From the NCBI GenBank assembly GCA_964556795.1, contig CAZKWZ010000002.1, positions 1-57,485 on the forward strand: a DNA stretch of 57,485 bases, read 5' to 3'. The notes under the pieces were generated by a model. It was given only the letters and a program-made list of their open reading frames with translations, was not told where the DNA came from and did not search any database. This document shows, one piece after another, positions 37,128 to 46,135 of the stretch (the stretch's first letter is position 1; each line of letters opens with the position of its first letter). The position numbers were made by a program, and so were the translations under genes. This DNA comes from an uncultured Gammaproteobacteria bacterium. Lineage in GTDB: Bacteria > Patescibacteriota > Microgenomatia > UBA12405.

Positions 37128-37370
37128 ATGTATTTTGTATATATTTTGCAATGTAATGACAATACCTTGTATACCGGGATAACTACGGATTTGGAAAGAC
37201 GGGTAAAGGAGCATAACCACTCTAAAATTGGGGCAAAATACACCAAGGCTAGACGTCCAGTAAAATTGATTTACTCAAAAGAATTTGCCAATAGGTCTGA
37301 GGCACTAGTCGAAGAAGCCCGAATAAAAAAACTGTCCAGAAGTGAAAAATTAGACCTTTTCAGGAAATAG
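37128..37370 (+). CDS. GIY-YIG nuclease family protein (UPF0213/YhbQ-like)
   Basis: MYFVYILQCNDNTLYTGITTDLERRVKEHN. 80 aa. Starts immediately after the ATL stop (TAAATG). Confidence 0.85.
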   Translation: MYFVYILQCNDNTLYTGITTDLERRVKEHNHSKIGAKYTKARRPVKLIYSKEFANRSEALVEEARIKKLSRSEKLDLFRK

Positions 37371-37670
37371 TTTTCCTTTTGGTTTATGTATTTGATCCCC
37401 GACGGAAAAATTTTCCCAAATATCTCTGGATAGGGAAATATTTCTGTCTCTCCCTTGCTTCATTTTAACTACAAGATAGTAGGAATCTCTCTCTTCATCG
37501 GTGTCAAAATCTTTGTAAGTATTGGCTTTTTTATCAATAACTTCACCGTACCAATCTTCGTTTTTTGATTTTAAAATCAATCTAACTATAAAACCAATAA
37601 AGGCAACTATTAACAACAAACTAAAACCAAAAAACACAATCAAAGGACCAAAGACCACTGCTTTTTCCAT
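37350..37670 (-). CDS. Hypothetical single-pass membrane protein
   Basis: 106 aa. N-terminal TM (VVFGPLIVFFGFSLLLIVAFIGFIV), then a charged soluble domain. Confidence 0.5.
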   Translation of the reverse strand: MEKAVVFGPLIVFFGFSLLLIVAFIGFIVRLILKSKNEDWYGEVIDKKANTYKDFDTDEERDSYYLVVKMKQGRDRNISLSRDIWENFSVGDQIHKPKGKLFPEKV

Positions 37671-37755
37671 AGCTTTATTTAATTAATAAAAGCTTTGAAC
37701 AATATAATTATACTTTCTTATTTGAGAAAAACAAAAAAAACGGGATAATAAGACT

Positions 37756-38235
37756 ATGGAAATTTTAAAAGATGCAATAAAAATTGACAGAGGAAAGGAT
37801 AGTCAGGTTTATAAAAAGGGAGAAAATGTAATAAAGGTATATTCGGAATTGAGTATGAATAAATTAATTGAATATAAATTGGTGACAGAAAGAGCAAAAC
37901 AATTACTAGATGGGAGAAAAATAGAATCACCATTTGGAGAATTGACAGTAGTAGTTAACCCAATAACTGAAATAGATGAATTTGAAGATGGGGTTTATGC
38001 TATTAGTCCATTTGTTGAAGGTAGGAATGTACAAGAACTGCTCAACAACGATACTATTGATCAACAGACTTTTAATCAATTTTCAAACGTTCTTGATCCA
38101 CTTTCTGTGGAATTAATACAAGAAACACAGCACCGGGGAATATACATTATCCCCTACAACACAAAAATTACTGAGGACGGACATTTGGTAATAACTGACA
38201 TTTGCAGAAGGGTTGGTGAACTAAAGGTTATATAA
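37756..38235 (+). CDS. Hypothetical protein, weak protein-kinase-like N-lobe pattern
   Basis: 159 aa. DRGKDSQVYKKGENVIKVY resembles a Gly-loop plus VxK, and HLVITDICR is C-terminal. Too short for a full kinase. Confidence 0.4.
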   Translation: MEILKDAIKIDRGKDSQVYKKGENVIKVYSELSMNKLIEYKLVTERAKQLLDGRKIESPFGELTVVVNPITEIDEFEDGVYAISPFVEGRNVQELLNNDTIDQQTFNQFSNVLDPLSVELIQETQHRGIYIIPYNTKITEDGHLVITDICRRVGELKVI

Positions 38236-38251
38236 AATTTATCGATAAAAA

Positions 38252-38974
38252 ATGATAACTAACACTATTCATCTTGAAATTATTAAAAAGCTGGAAAAAT
38301 ATAAGGACAGTGGGGACAAAAAAAACAATGAATGGGTACAACATTACCTTGGAAGTAATAAGCCAACGTTAGGGATTAAATCAAGTGAAATGGTAAAGAT
38401 GGCCAAAGAAGTGGTCAATGAAAATAAATTTGATCAAAAAATTTTAAAGGAACTTTTGGACTCTTTGTACTCTAGAGCCACGACCTTTGCTGAGATTGAT
38501 ATGGCGGCAAGAATTCTGGGAGAGGTACCAAAGCTAAGACGGGAGATGGAACCGGAAAATTTAGATTATTGGCTGAATTTTACCCATGGTTGGGCGGAAG
38601 ATGATTTACTGTGCCAGTCTAATTTTAGCGGTAAAGAATTATTAGAGAATTGGTCAAAATGGGAAAAAATGTTGACACGATTTGCCGACGACAAAAACGT
38701 TAATAAAAGACGAGCGAGTATGGTTTTGTTGACCAAGGCATTGAGGGATTCCGATGATAAAAGGCTATCGGAACTGGCTATAGCTCAGGTAGAGAAAATG
38801 AAATGGGAAAAAGATATTTTGATAACTAAGGCAGTGTCCTGGTTGCTTAGGTCGATGGTTAAATTTCACAAAGACGAGGTGCTAGATTATTTGGAAAATA
38901 ATCAGGAAACTCTACCAAAAATCGCTTATCGGGAAGCATATAAAAAAGCGACAACTGGGAGAAAGAACGGATAA
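38252..38974 (+). CDS. DNA alkylation repair (AlkD/AlkC-like HEAT repeat) family protein
   Basis: 240 aa all-helical. WAEDDLLCQS, NKRRASMVLL, KAVSWLLRSM resemble Pfam DNA_alkylation family blocks. Confidence 0.55.
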   Translation: MITNTIHLEIIKKLEKYKDSGDKKNNEWVQHYLGSNKPTLGIKSSEMVKMAKEVVNENKFDQKILKELLDSLYSRATTFAEIDMAARILGEVPKLRREMEPENLDYWLNFTHGWAEDDLLCQSNFSGKELLENWSKWEKMLTRFADDKNVNKRRASMVLLTKALRDSDDKRLSELAIAQVEKMKWEKDILITKAVSWLLRSMVKFHKDEVLDYLENNQETLPKIAYREAYKKATTGRKNG

Positions 38975-38977
38975 TTA

Positions 38978-39010
38978 AACCCACCCTACCCTCCCTTAAA
39001 AAGGGAGGCA
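38978..39010. repeat. GC-rich hairpin mini-repeat, copy B (intergenic)
   Basis: AAACCCACCCTACCCTCCCTTAAAAAGGGAGGC. Same architecture: a C-run, a second C-run, an A/T loop, then a G-run. Confidence 0.45.
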
Positions 39011-39097
39011 AAAACATTTTTATATAAATTATCATCTTTTTAATGGGCAGAAAATAAATTATCTTTAAAATAAATTAAGAATTATTAATAATAAAAA

Positions 39098-39120
39098 CCC
39101 CCCTGTTACGGGGGATTTTA
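39098..39120. terminator. Bidirectional hairpin terminator between convergent genes
   Basis: CCCCCC-TGTTAC-GGGGG hairpin (39098-39114), flanked by an A-run upstream and ATTTTA downstream. Serves the minus-strand gene at 39140 and possibly the plus-strand gene ending at 38974. Confidence 0.6.
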
Positions 39121-39139
39121 GGTTCTGATAAATATATCC

Positions 39140-39787
39140 TTAGCGAATAACCACTTTGGATTTGCTTAACAAAGTAGCAAACCAGGAATCAATAGCGTCA
39201 TTCTTGGCTTCACTAATTAATTGAGCTTTGGCTAAAGCTTGGAGTTTTTCTTTGGTATAAGTACTAGGTAAAAGTGATTTATTTTTGGTTAAATAATCAT
39301 CAATTTGGGCCTGAGTAACATCAATTTGGGGATTGGCCAATTTTTCTACCATTTTTTGAAGACGGATTTGATGTTCTAAATCAGTCTTGGTCATACCTTC
39401 AGCGGTCAGAGCGGCATCAAGAGTTTGACCCTGACTTTTAATTTGGGCCTCAACACTAGCAATTTCAGAGGTAATTTCCTCTTTGGTAATGGAAATATTC
39501 TTTTTGGCGGCTTCCTGATAAACCAAAGCCTCGTTGGTCATTTGTTTGATAGTTTGTTTTTTATCTAATCTTTCAAGATTTTGCCAATAGGAGATACGGG
39601 AAATAGGTTTACCATTAACAGTAGCAACAATTCCAAAACGATAATAAGCATAGACAGCAGCAATAATAAGAATTAGGGCAACAATAGGGAAAAGACTTAC
39701 TTTACGGATCGGGGTTTCAACGATAGGAGTCTCAACCGGAGTAACATTTTTGGCGACTTTAGCTACGCTTTTTGTTGTTTTTTTCAT
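39140..39787 (-). CDS. SurA N-terminal-domain-like chaperone protein (no recognisable PPIase domain)
   Basis: 215 aa. TM anchor, then ATVNGKPISRISYWQNLERLDKKQTIKQMTNEALVYQEAAKKNISITKEEI, typical of the PrsA/SurA N-terminal region. Confidence 0.45.
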   Translation of the reverse strand: MKKTTKSVAKVAKNVTPVETPIVETPIRKVSLFPIVALILIIAAVYAYYRFGIVATVNGKPISRISYWQNLERLDKKQTIKQMTNEALVYQEAAKKNISITKEEITSEIASVEAQIKSQGQTLDAALTAEGMTKTDLEHQIRLQKMVEKLANPQIDVTQAQIDDYLTKNKSLLPSTYTKEKLQALAKAQLISEAKNDAIDSWFATLLSKSKVVIR

Positions 39788-39824
39788 GAAAAGAGTATAA
39801 CACTAGTTTTTTCTGAAATAAAAG

Positions 39825-39857
39825 TATTCAGCTAATATTCAGTTTAACTTCTATAAT
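39825..39857 (+). promoter_or_regulatory. Direct-repeat operator plus -10 box upstream of the response-regulator operon
   Basis: TATTCAG at 39825-39831 and 39836-39842 (11-bp periodicity) occupy the -35 region. TATAAT at 39852-39857, 7 nt, ATG at 39865. No SD. Confidence 0.4.
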
Positions 39858-39864
39858 AGTCAGT

Positions 39865-40539
39865 ATGAAAATACTTTTAGTCGAGGACGAACATCGAATT
39901 GCTCAGTCAATTAAAAAGGGATTAGAACAAGAAAGAATGGCAGTAGATGTGGCCTATGACGGAATTGAGGGTTATGACCTGGCCATAGATGAGGAATATG
40001 ATTTGATAATTTTAGATTTGATGTTGCCAGGGATGAACGGTTTAGAAATTTGCAACAAACTTAGACAAAACAAAAAAGAAACACCTATTTTGATATTAAC
40101 GGCCAGGGGTCAAGTTGAAGATAAGGTAGAGGGATTAAATATGGGTGCTGATGATTACCTGACTAAACCCTTTGCATTTGAGGAACTGCTAGCCCGGATT
40201 AGAGCTCTGGTACGTCGACCAAAAAAGGTGAATGAAGAGACTTTGGTGGTTGATGATTTAAGCCTAAATATAAACAATTTTGAGGTCAAAAGAAATAAAA
40301 AAGAGATTAAACTTTCCAGTAAAGAATATGCCTTATTGGAATTTTTAATGCGGCATCCTAAACAAATTTTAAGTAAGGATCAAATTATGAATCATGTCTG
40401 GAGCTATGAAACGGATATTTTGCCAAATACAGTTGAGGTGTATATTCGCAATTTAAGGAATAAAATAGATAAAGGATTTGCTTATCCATTAATTCAAACT
40501 GTACGAGGTTTTGGTTATAAAATCGGAAAAAATGTTTAG
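39865..40539 (+). CDS. OmpR/PhoB-family response regulator
   Basis: MKILLVEDE...DLIILDLMLPGMNG receiver domain and C-terminal winged helix (LSSKEYALLEFLMRHP...VRGFGYKI). Confidence 0.92.
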   Translation: MKILLVEDEHRIAQSIKKGLEQERMAVDVAYDGIEGYDLAIDEEYDLIILDLMLPGMNGLEICNKLRQNKKETPILILTARGQVEDKVEGLNMGADDYLTKPFAFEELLARIRALVRRPKKVNEETLVVDDLSLNINNFEVKRNKKEIKLSSKEYALLEFLMRHPKQILSKDQIMNHVWSYETDILPNTVEVYIRNLRNKIDKGFAYPLIQTVRGFGYKIGKNV

Positions 40540-41512
40540 AACAGCCAGACTAAAACTAACCGGGTGGTACTTATTGATAATCATGTTTATCAGTATCGCT
40601 TTTAGTGGAATTATCTATGGCATGGTAATGAGAGAAATTGATAGGTTTGTTCATGCGCCAAGATTTAGATTCGAAGAAATTTCAAATATAGAACAAAATA
40701 GATTGCTGTCTGAAAGCCAGGAGAGAGTGATTTGGTTTTTAGTGGAAATTAATGGTGTTATTTTAGTTATATCAGGAAGTTTAGGATATATTTTAGCTGG
40801 GCGAACTCTGTCCCCCATTCAAAAAATGCTTGAGGAACAAAAACGTTTTGTGGGCGACGCTTCTCATGAACTCCGAACTCCTTTAACCGCCTTGAAAGCT
40901 ATGCTTGAGGTGGGCTTGAGAGATAAAAATATGGATATTAAAGAAGCCAGAAAACTGATTTCTGAAAGTATAGAAGAGACGGATAAACTAAAGAATTTAT
41001 CTGACTCACTATTAGAACTGGCTCGAGAAAATAGTAACGGTCAAAAATTAATTATAGAAAAAGTAAAGTTGGCAGAGATAGTAGCCGAAGCAGTAAAAAA
41101 GGTAGAGGTAGGAGCTAATAAGAAAAAAATAAAGATAATTAAAGCCATTAACGGGACAGAGGTAAATGGAAATAAAGATAAATTGTCGGAATTATTGGTA
41201 ATATTACTTGATAATGCAATTAAATATAGTCCGAAATTGAGCCGAATAAAAGTTGAGGCCAAGAAAAATCAGAAACAAGCCATAATTAAAATTAAGGACC
41301 AGGGCCAGGGAATTGAAGCCAAAGATATCCCCCATATATTTGAAAGATTTTATCGGGCTGATAGTGCCAGAGTTCACCAGGAAGAAGGCGGTTATGGACT
41401 AGGTTTAGCTATTGCCAAAAAAATTGTTGAGGAGCATGGTGGCAAAATTTTGGTATACAGTACACCAGGCAAAGGCAGTGAATTTAAAATTATATTACCA
41501 ATTTTCAGCTAA
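40532..41512 (+). CDS. Sensor histidine kinase (HisKA + HATPase_c)
   Basis: Two TM helices, H-box FVGDASHELRTPLTAL, N-box LLDNAIKYS, G-boxes DQGQGI and GGYGLGLAIAKKIV. The ATG at 40532 overlaps the regulator stop. Confidence 0.9.
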   Translation: MFRTARLKLTGWYLLIIMFISIAFSGIIYGMVMREIDRFVHAPRFRFEEISNIEQNRLLSESQERVIWFLVEINGVILVISGSLGYILAGRTLSPIQKMLEEQKRFVGDASHELRTPLTALKAMLEVGLRDKNMDIKEARKLISESIEETDKLKNLSDSLLELARENSNGQKLIIEKVKLAEIVAEAVKKVEVGANKKKIKIIKAINGTEVNGNKDKLSELLVILLDNAIKYSPKLSRIKVEAKKNQKQAIIKIKDQGQGIEAKDIPHIFERFYRADSARVHQEEGGYGLGLAIAKKIVEEHGGKILVYSTPGKGSEFKIILPIFS

Positions 41513-41541
41513 ACTTCAGATATTAAAAATAGAATCCCCTC

Positions 41542-42876
41542 ATGAAATTAAATAAAAGAGTTAAATTGGTTCTAGCTTCCATAATATTAATAGTATTGGG
41601 ATTGGTTATTTACAACGCAATAAAAAGTAAACAAAACAATAAAGTAACTTATAAAACCGAAACTGTTAGTAAAGGAACTTTAATAAACACTATTTCAGCA
41701 TCTGGAACAATCACCTCGGGAAACACAACCTATATAACGACCGGGGCAATTGGAACCGTAAATAAAGTTTATGTTAAAAATGGTGATACAGTAAAAAAAG
41801 GCCAAAAATTGGCAGAATTAACTTTAACCGATAAGTCAAACGAAACCCAAACTACGGCTTACTCAAATTATTTAAATGCCCTGGAAAACGTTAAGGTGGC
41901 CCAGGCCAACAGGACGGCAGCTGATGTACAAATGTGGAAAGATAGACAAGCAGTGTTGGATGCACAGACGGAATATGACACCATGATTGCGGGAGGTTGG
42001 AATAATAAAACCCATGCTGAATATACTTATAACGAAAAAGCAATTGTTTCCAAGACATTAGATTTGGCCAAGGAAACTTTTAGTGCAGACGAAATGAAAT
42101 ATAACAACTCAGGAGTAGACATATCTCTGGCTAAAGCTAAACTTGAAGCAGCTCTGAGAAGTTATCAACAAGTATCTTCGACTATTTATGCCCCAGCTTC
42201 CGGAGTTTTGAGCAATTTAACTCTGGCCGAGGGAGTGGTTGTGTCTGATAGTTCTAATTCATCAATTACGGTTAGCTCGGGAACTGATTCGACAACAAAT
42301 TCACAATCAGTAACAGCTCAAAAAGTTGGGGCTATTAAGGATCCAAAAGGTCAATATCAAGCCACCCTTAGTTTGACTGAAGTTGATGTTACTAAAATTA
42401 AATCCGGACAAAAGGTGACGTTGACTATGGACGCTTTTCCGGACAATACTCTGACCGGGACAGTATTAGCAGTAAACACTAGTGGTAGTGTTAACTCAAA
42501 TGTTACCTCGTATACAGTTAGTGTGTTGCTTGACAGTACAGATTTGGATATCTATACAAATATGGCGGTTTCTGCCACTATTATTACTTCAACCAAGGAC
42601 GGCGTTTTGTTGGTAACCTCAACAGCAGTTCACACCAGTGGCGGAAAATCTTTTGTCAATGTAATGAAAGACAATAAAATTTCTCAGGTGGTAATTGAAA
42701 CCGGGGATAGTAATGATACTCAAACTGAAATTAAGTCTGGATTGAGTGAAGGTGAAGTAGTGGTGACATCAAGCTCAAGTGTTACCACTAGCAAAAGTTC
42801 TAGTAGCTCTACAAGCACCAGTAGATCAAGTTCTGGTTCATTGTTTGGAGGAATGGGTGGTGGACCCGGATTCTAA
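41542..42876 (+). CDS. Efflux adaptor (HlyD/MacA-type membrane fusion protein) with Ser-rich C-terminal tail
   Basis: N-terminal TM, lipoyl-like VYVKNGDTVKKGQKLAEL, coiled-coil, beta-barrel segment (GQKVTLTMDAFPDNTLTGTV), and tail SSSSVTTSKSSSSSTSTSRSSSGS. Confidence 0.8.
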   Translation: MKLNKRVKLVLASIILIVLGLVIYNAIKSKQNNKVTYKTETVSKGTLINTISASGTITSGNTTYITTGAIGTVNKVYVKNGDTVKKGQKLAELTLTDKSNETQTTAYSNYLNALENVKVAQANRTAADVQMWKDRQAVLDAQTEYDTMIAGGWNNKTHAEYTYNEKAIVSKTLDLAKETFSADEMKYNNSGVDISLAKAKLEAALRSYQQVSSTIYAPASGVLSNLTLAEGVVVSDSSNSSITVSSGTDSTTNSQSVTAQKVGAIKDPKGQYQATLSLTEVDVTKIKSGQKVTLTMDAFPDNTLTGTVLAVNTSGSVNSNVTSYTVSVLLDSTDLDIYTNMAVSATIITSTKDGVLLVTSTAVHTSGGKSFVNVMKDNKISQVVIETGDSNDTQTEIKSGLSEGEVVVTSSSSVTTSKSSSSSTSTSRSSSGSLFGGMGGGPGF

Positions 42877-42896
42877 AATATATTTTTCCTAAAAAT

Positions 42897-43622
42897 ATGA
42901 GTAAAACAATTATTAAGGTTTCCCATTTGTCCAAAATTTATAAAACAGATACGTTGGAAACGGTCGCCTTAAATGATGTTTCTTTTCAAATAAAAGAGGG
43001 TGAATTTGTGGCAATAATGGGGCCGAGTGGCTCAGGAAAATCAACCCTAATGCACATTTTAGGAGCATTGGATAAAGCGACGTCCGGTGAATATATCTTA
43101 GACGGAGAGGAAGTAAATAAATTAGATGATGATGAATTATCTGATATTAGAAACCGTAAAATCGGCTTTGTATTTCAGGCTTTCAATTTACTACCCCGAA
43201 CCACAACCCTAAAAAATGTCATGTTGCCAATGGCCTATGGAGGTGTCCCCAGAGAAGAAAGAGAAGAAATTGCCGAAAGGTATTTAAAAATGGTGGGACT
43301 TGGTGACAGATTGCATCATACCAGCAATCAAATATCCGGAGGTCAACAACAACGGGTAGCCATAGCCAGATCTTTGGTAATGAATCCGGCTCTAATAATG
43401 GCTGATGAGCCAACAGGAAATATTGCCACAACTCAGGCAGAAGAGATTATGGCGATTTTTCAAAAACTAAATGATGATGGTAGAACCATCGTAATGATTA
43501 CTCACGAGCCAGATATTGCCGAACATGCAAAAAGAATTATTGTCATTAGGGACGGAAAAATTGTGAGTGATACAAGCAATCACACCCGAAAAATAATTAA
43601 TCTAAAGGAGAAAAAGAAATGA
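42897..43622 (+). CDS. ABC transporter ATP-binding protein (MacB/LolD type)
   Basis: GPSGSGKSTL Walker A, FVFQAFNLLP Q-loop, LSGGQQQRVAIARSL-type signature (ISGGQQQRVAIARSL), IMADEPTGN Walker B. Confidence 0.93.
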   Translation: MSKTIIKVSHLSKIYKTDTLETVALNDVSFQIKEGEFVAIMGPSGSGKSTLMHILGALDKATSGEYILDGEEVNKLDDDELSDIRNRKIGFVFQAFNLLPRTTTLKNVMLPMAYGGVPREEREEIAERYLKMVGLGDRLHHTSNQISGGQQQRVAIARSLVMNPALIMADEPTGNIATTQAEEIMAIFQKLNDDGRTIVMITHEPDIAEHAKRIIVIRDGKIVSDTSNHTRKIINLKEKKK

Positions 43623-44845
43623 TGAATTTTTGGGAACAAATAATTGAGAGTGTGATGATGCTTAAACTCAATAAAATGAGAACTGGACTGGCAATGCTAG
43701 GAATAATTATTGGTATTGGTTCGGTGATTGCCCTGATGTCTATAGGTTTGTCCAGCCAAAGAGCGGTTCAGTCAAGAATTCAATCTTTGGGCTCAAATTT
43801 ACTAACCATTTCGCCCAGTTTTCAAAGAAGCGGTGTGGTCAGGGGGGCAGCAAATGTGACAACATTAACTTTAAAAGACGCTGAGGCAATTGCTTCGTCA
43901 TCACAGGTAACAACAGTAAAAAACGTGTCTCCGGAGTATTCAGGCCGATCTCAAATTATAACCGGAGAAAACAACACCAATACAAGTGTGATTGGGGTGG
44001 AACCAATATATCCTGAGGTTCATAATTTAACCATAGCTTCGGGCTCTTTTATAACTAGTCAACAGGTTAGTAACATAGCCAAAGTAGCAGTATTGGGTCC
44101 AACAGTAGTTGAAGATTTATTTGGAGATGCCAACTACGATGCCATAGGTCAGGTTATTAGAATTGGGGGTCAAAACTTTACTATCATTGGAATTACTGAG
44201 GCCAAGGGTGGTTCAGGAATGGGAAATCAAGATGATCAGGTTTATGTGCCATTGACCACGGCCCAAAAACAATTGTTTGGAGCCAGCAGTTTAACCTCAA
44301 TAGCGGTGGAAGCTAATAGCGCCGAAGTGATGACTCGGGCGGTAAATGAAATTGGATATTTGTTGATGGCCAGACATAAAATTACTGATACTACTAAGGC
44401 AGATTTTAGGATTCAAAACCAAGAAGATTTATTAACCACAATAACCTCGGTTTCAGGGACCTTGACTTCCCTACTATCGGGGGTGGCAGCAATTTCATTA
44501 CTGGTGGGAGGAATTGGAATAATGAATATAATGCTGGTTACTGTTACCGAAAGAACCAGAGAAATTGGTTTGAGAAAAGCCCTGGGAGCAAAAAAGAAAA
44601 CGATTATTACTCAGTTTTTAACTGAATCAGTAATTCTGACTTTTGCCGGAGGAATTGTGGGAATCGCCGTCGGAATTTTAATTTCTTATATTTATGCACG
44701 GATTAATTCGGCATTGTTTGTGGTTTCGCCAAGCTCAGTATTATTGGCATTTGTAGTATCAGTGGTAATTGGGGTAATATTTGGTTGGTATCCAGCCAGA
44801 AGGGCGGCAAATCTACAGCCAATTGAAGCCTTGAGGTATGAATAA
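43619..44845 (+). CDS. ABC transporter permease (MacB/FtsX type)
   Basis: N-terminal TM, large extracytoplasmic MacB_PCD-like domain, and C-terminal FtsX block (GGIGIMNIMLVTVTERTREIGLRKALGA). ATGA overlap with the ATPase gene. Confidence 0.9.
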   Translation: MMNFWEQIIESVMMLKLNKMRTGLAMLGIIIGIGSVIALMSIGLSSQRAVQSRIQSLGSNLLTISPSFQRSGVVRGAANVTTLTLKDAEAIASSSQVTTVKNVSPEYSGRSQIITGENNTNTSVIGVEPIYPEVHNLTIASGSFITSQQVSNIAKVAVLGPTVVEDLFGDANYDAIGQVIRIGGQNFTIIGITEAKGGSGMGNQDDQVYVPLTTAQKQLFGASSLTSIAVEANSAEVMTRAVNEIGYLLMARHKITDTTKADFRIQNQEDLLTTITSVSGTLTSLLSGVAAISLLVGGIGIMNIMLVTVTERTREIGLRKALGAKKKTIITQFLTESVILTFAGGIVGIAVGILISYIYARINSALFVVSPSSVLLAFVVSVVIGVIFGWYPARRAANLQPIEALRYE

Positions 44846-44846
44846 A

Positions 44847-45515
44847 TTACTCTAAGAAAAATGCTTCACGAAGCTTTAATATATGCTGAAAAGCAGATTC
44901 AGCATCATCAAAATTAACTCTAAACTGAGACCGGTATGAATCTAGATCGCCACTATTCCAGGGTTGATTGAGATAAATAACATGACATTGAGGTAGTTTT
45001 TGATGAATGTTAGTGACGGTAATTGAATTATCTTCTAACATGCAATTAATGTGGGCTAATTGAATAATTTTATATTCTTCACCATCTAATAAATCTGATT
45101 CCCGGCGAATATAAAGATTTTCCTGCCAGTCAATATCAGGCAAATATTGTTCTAACCATTCTCGGGTTATTTCACCGTTTTGAGAGCGGCGAGTAGTAAC
45201 TACCCGCTGAGTTGTATTGGGTAATTTTTGACAACGTTTAAAAACTTCAAGAGTGGCCGGATTGGGAGGTGAAAGACGAAGTATTTCAGGAGTGTGCCAA
45301 CACTCTCTAATATCAGCGGCAATCTTTTCATCTCCGGTTAGGGCTAAGGCTTTTTCAAAAAGAGCATTAAAATTGTCTAAATCAGATTTAATTAAATTAA
45401 TCTCTTTATTTAAAATTTGACTTAATTTTTGGTTAACTACTTTTAAAACAGGTTCATGAGATTCGGCTAAAACTCCATCACAATCCCAGGCAATTTGAAA
45501 AATTTTTTTTAACAT
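44847..45515 (-). CDS. HAD-superfamily hydrolase, 5'(3')-deoxyribonucleotidase-like
   Basis: IAWDCDGVLAE (DxDG motif I) and a later VVTTR segment. Family-level call only. Confidence 0.45.
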   Translation of the reverse strand: MLKKIFQIAWDCDGVLAESHEPVLKVVNQKLSQILNKEINLIKSDLDNFNALFEKALALTGDEKIAADIRECWHTPEILRLSPPNPATLEVFKRCQKLPNTTQRVVTTRRSQNGEITREWLEQYLPDIDWQENLYIRRESDLLDGEEYKIIQLAHINCMLEDNSITVTNIHQKLPQCHVIYLNQPWNSGDLDSYRSQFRVNFDDAESAFQHILKLREAFFLE

Positions 45516-45598
45516 CTTTGAGTATTATAACTTAAGAATATTTCAGCAAATTTTCAGAATAGAAAAATATAATTCCTACAATTAATAATTTTTGAAAT

Positions 45599-46117
45599 AT
45601 GAAAAAACCAAATTTAAAAGAAAGTCTAAATATGGTCACAATTGGTTTGATGTTAATAATTGGGATTGGAGCATTTTTTGGAGGAATGAAATATCAACAG
45701 AGTAAAACTCCATTTAATTTAAATCAATTCTCCGGGAATCCATTTGGCGGTCGTGGTCAATTTGGTGACAGAGGTGGTAATAATCAAGCAGGTGGAACAC
45801 GAGATGGAACCGGTAATCAATCAGGTGTTGGTCAAAGAAGAATGGGAAACGGTCAAATTGTCGGCGAAATTACGAGTGTGGCTGATAACTCAATTACAGT
45901 CAAAATGACTGATGGAAGCTCTAAAATTGTGATTCTGGGTAATAACACCAAGGTGTCCAAATCTACTGAGGTACAAAAAAGTGAGTTAAAGGCAGGAGTA
46001 AAAGTAGCAGTATTTGGAACTCCAAATACTGATGGAAGTGTCACCGGTTCAAACATCGAACTTGACCCGGCATTGCTTGGTCAAATGGCAAAATTGACAG
46101 GAACACCAACAAAATAA
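45599..46117 (+). CDS. Secreted/anchored Gly-rich protein with DUF5666-like beta domain
   Basis: N-terminal TM/signal, G/N/Q-rich linker, GEITSVADNSITVKMTDGSSKIVILGNNTKVSKS...VKVAVFGTPNTDGSVTGSNIEL. Confidence 0.5.
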   Translation: MKKPNLKESLNMVTIGLMLIIGIGAFFGGMKYQQSKTPFNLNQFSGNPFGGRGQFGDRGGNNQAGGTRDGTGNQSGVGQRRMGNGQIVGEITSVADNSITVKMTDGSSKIVILGNNTKVSKSTEVQKSELKAGVKVAVFGTPNTDGSVTGSNIELDPALLGQMAKLTGTPTK

Positions 46118-46135
46118 ATTATTTAAATAATAAAA

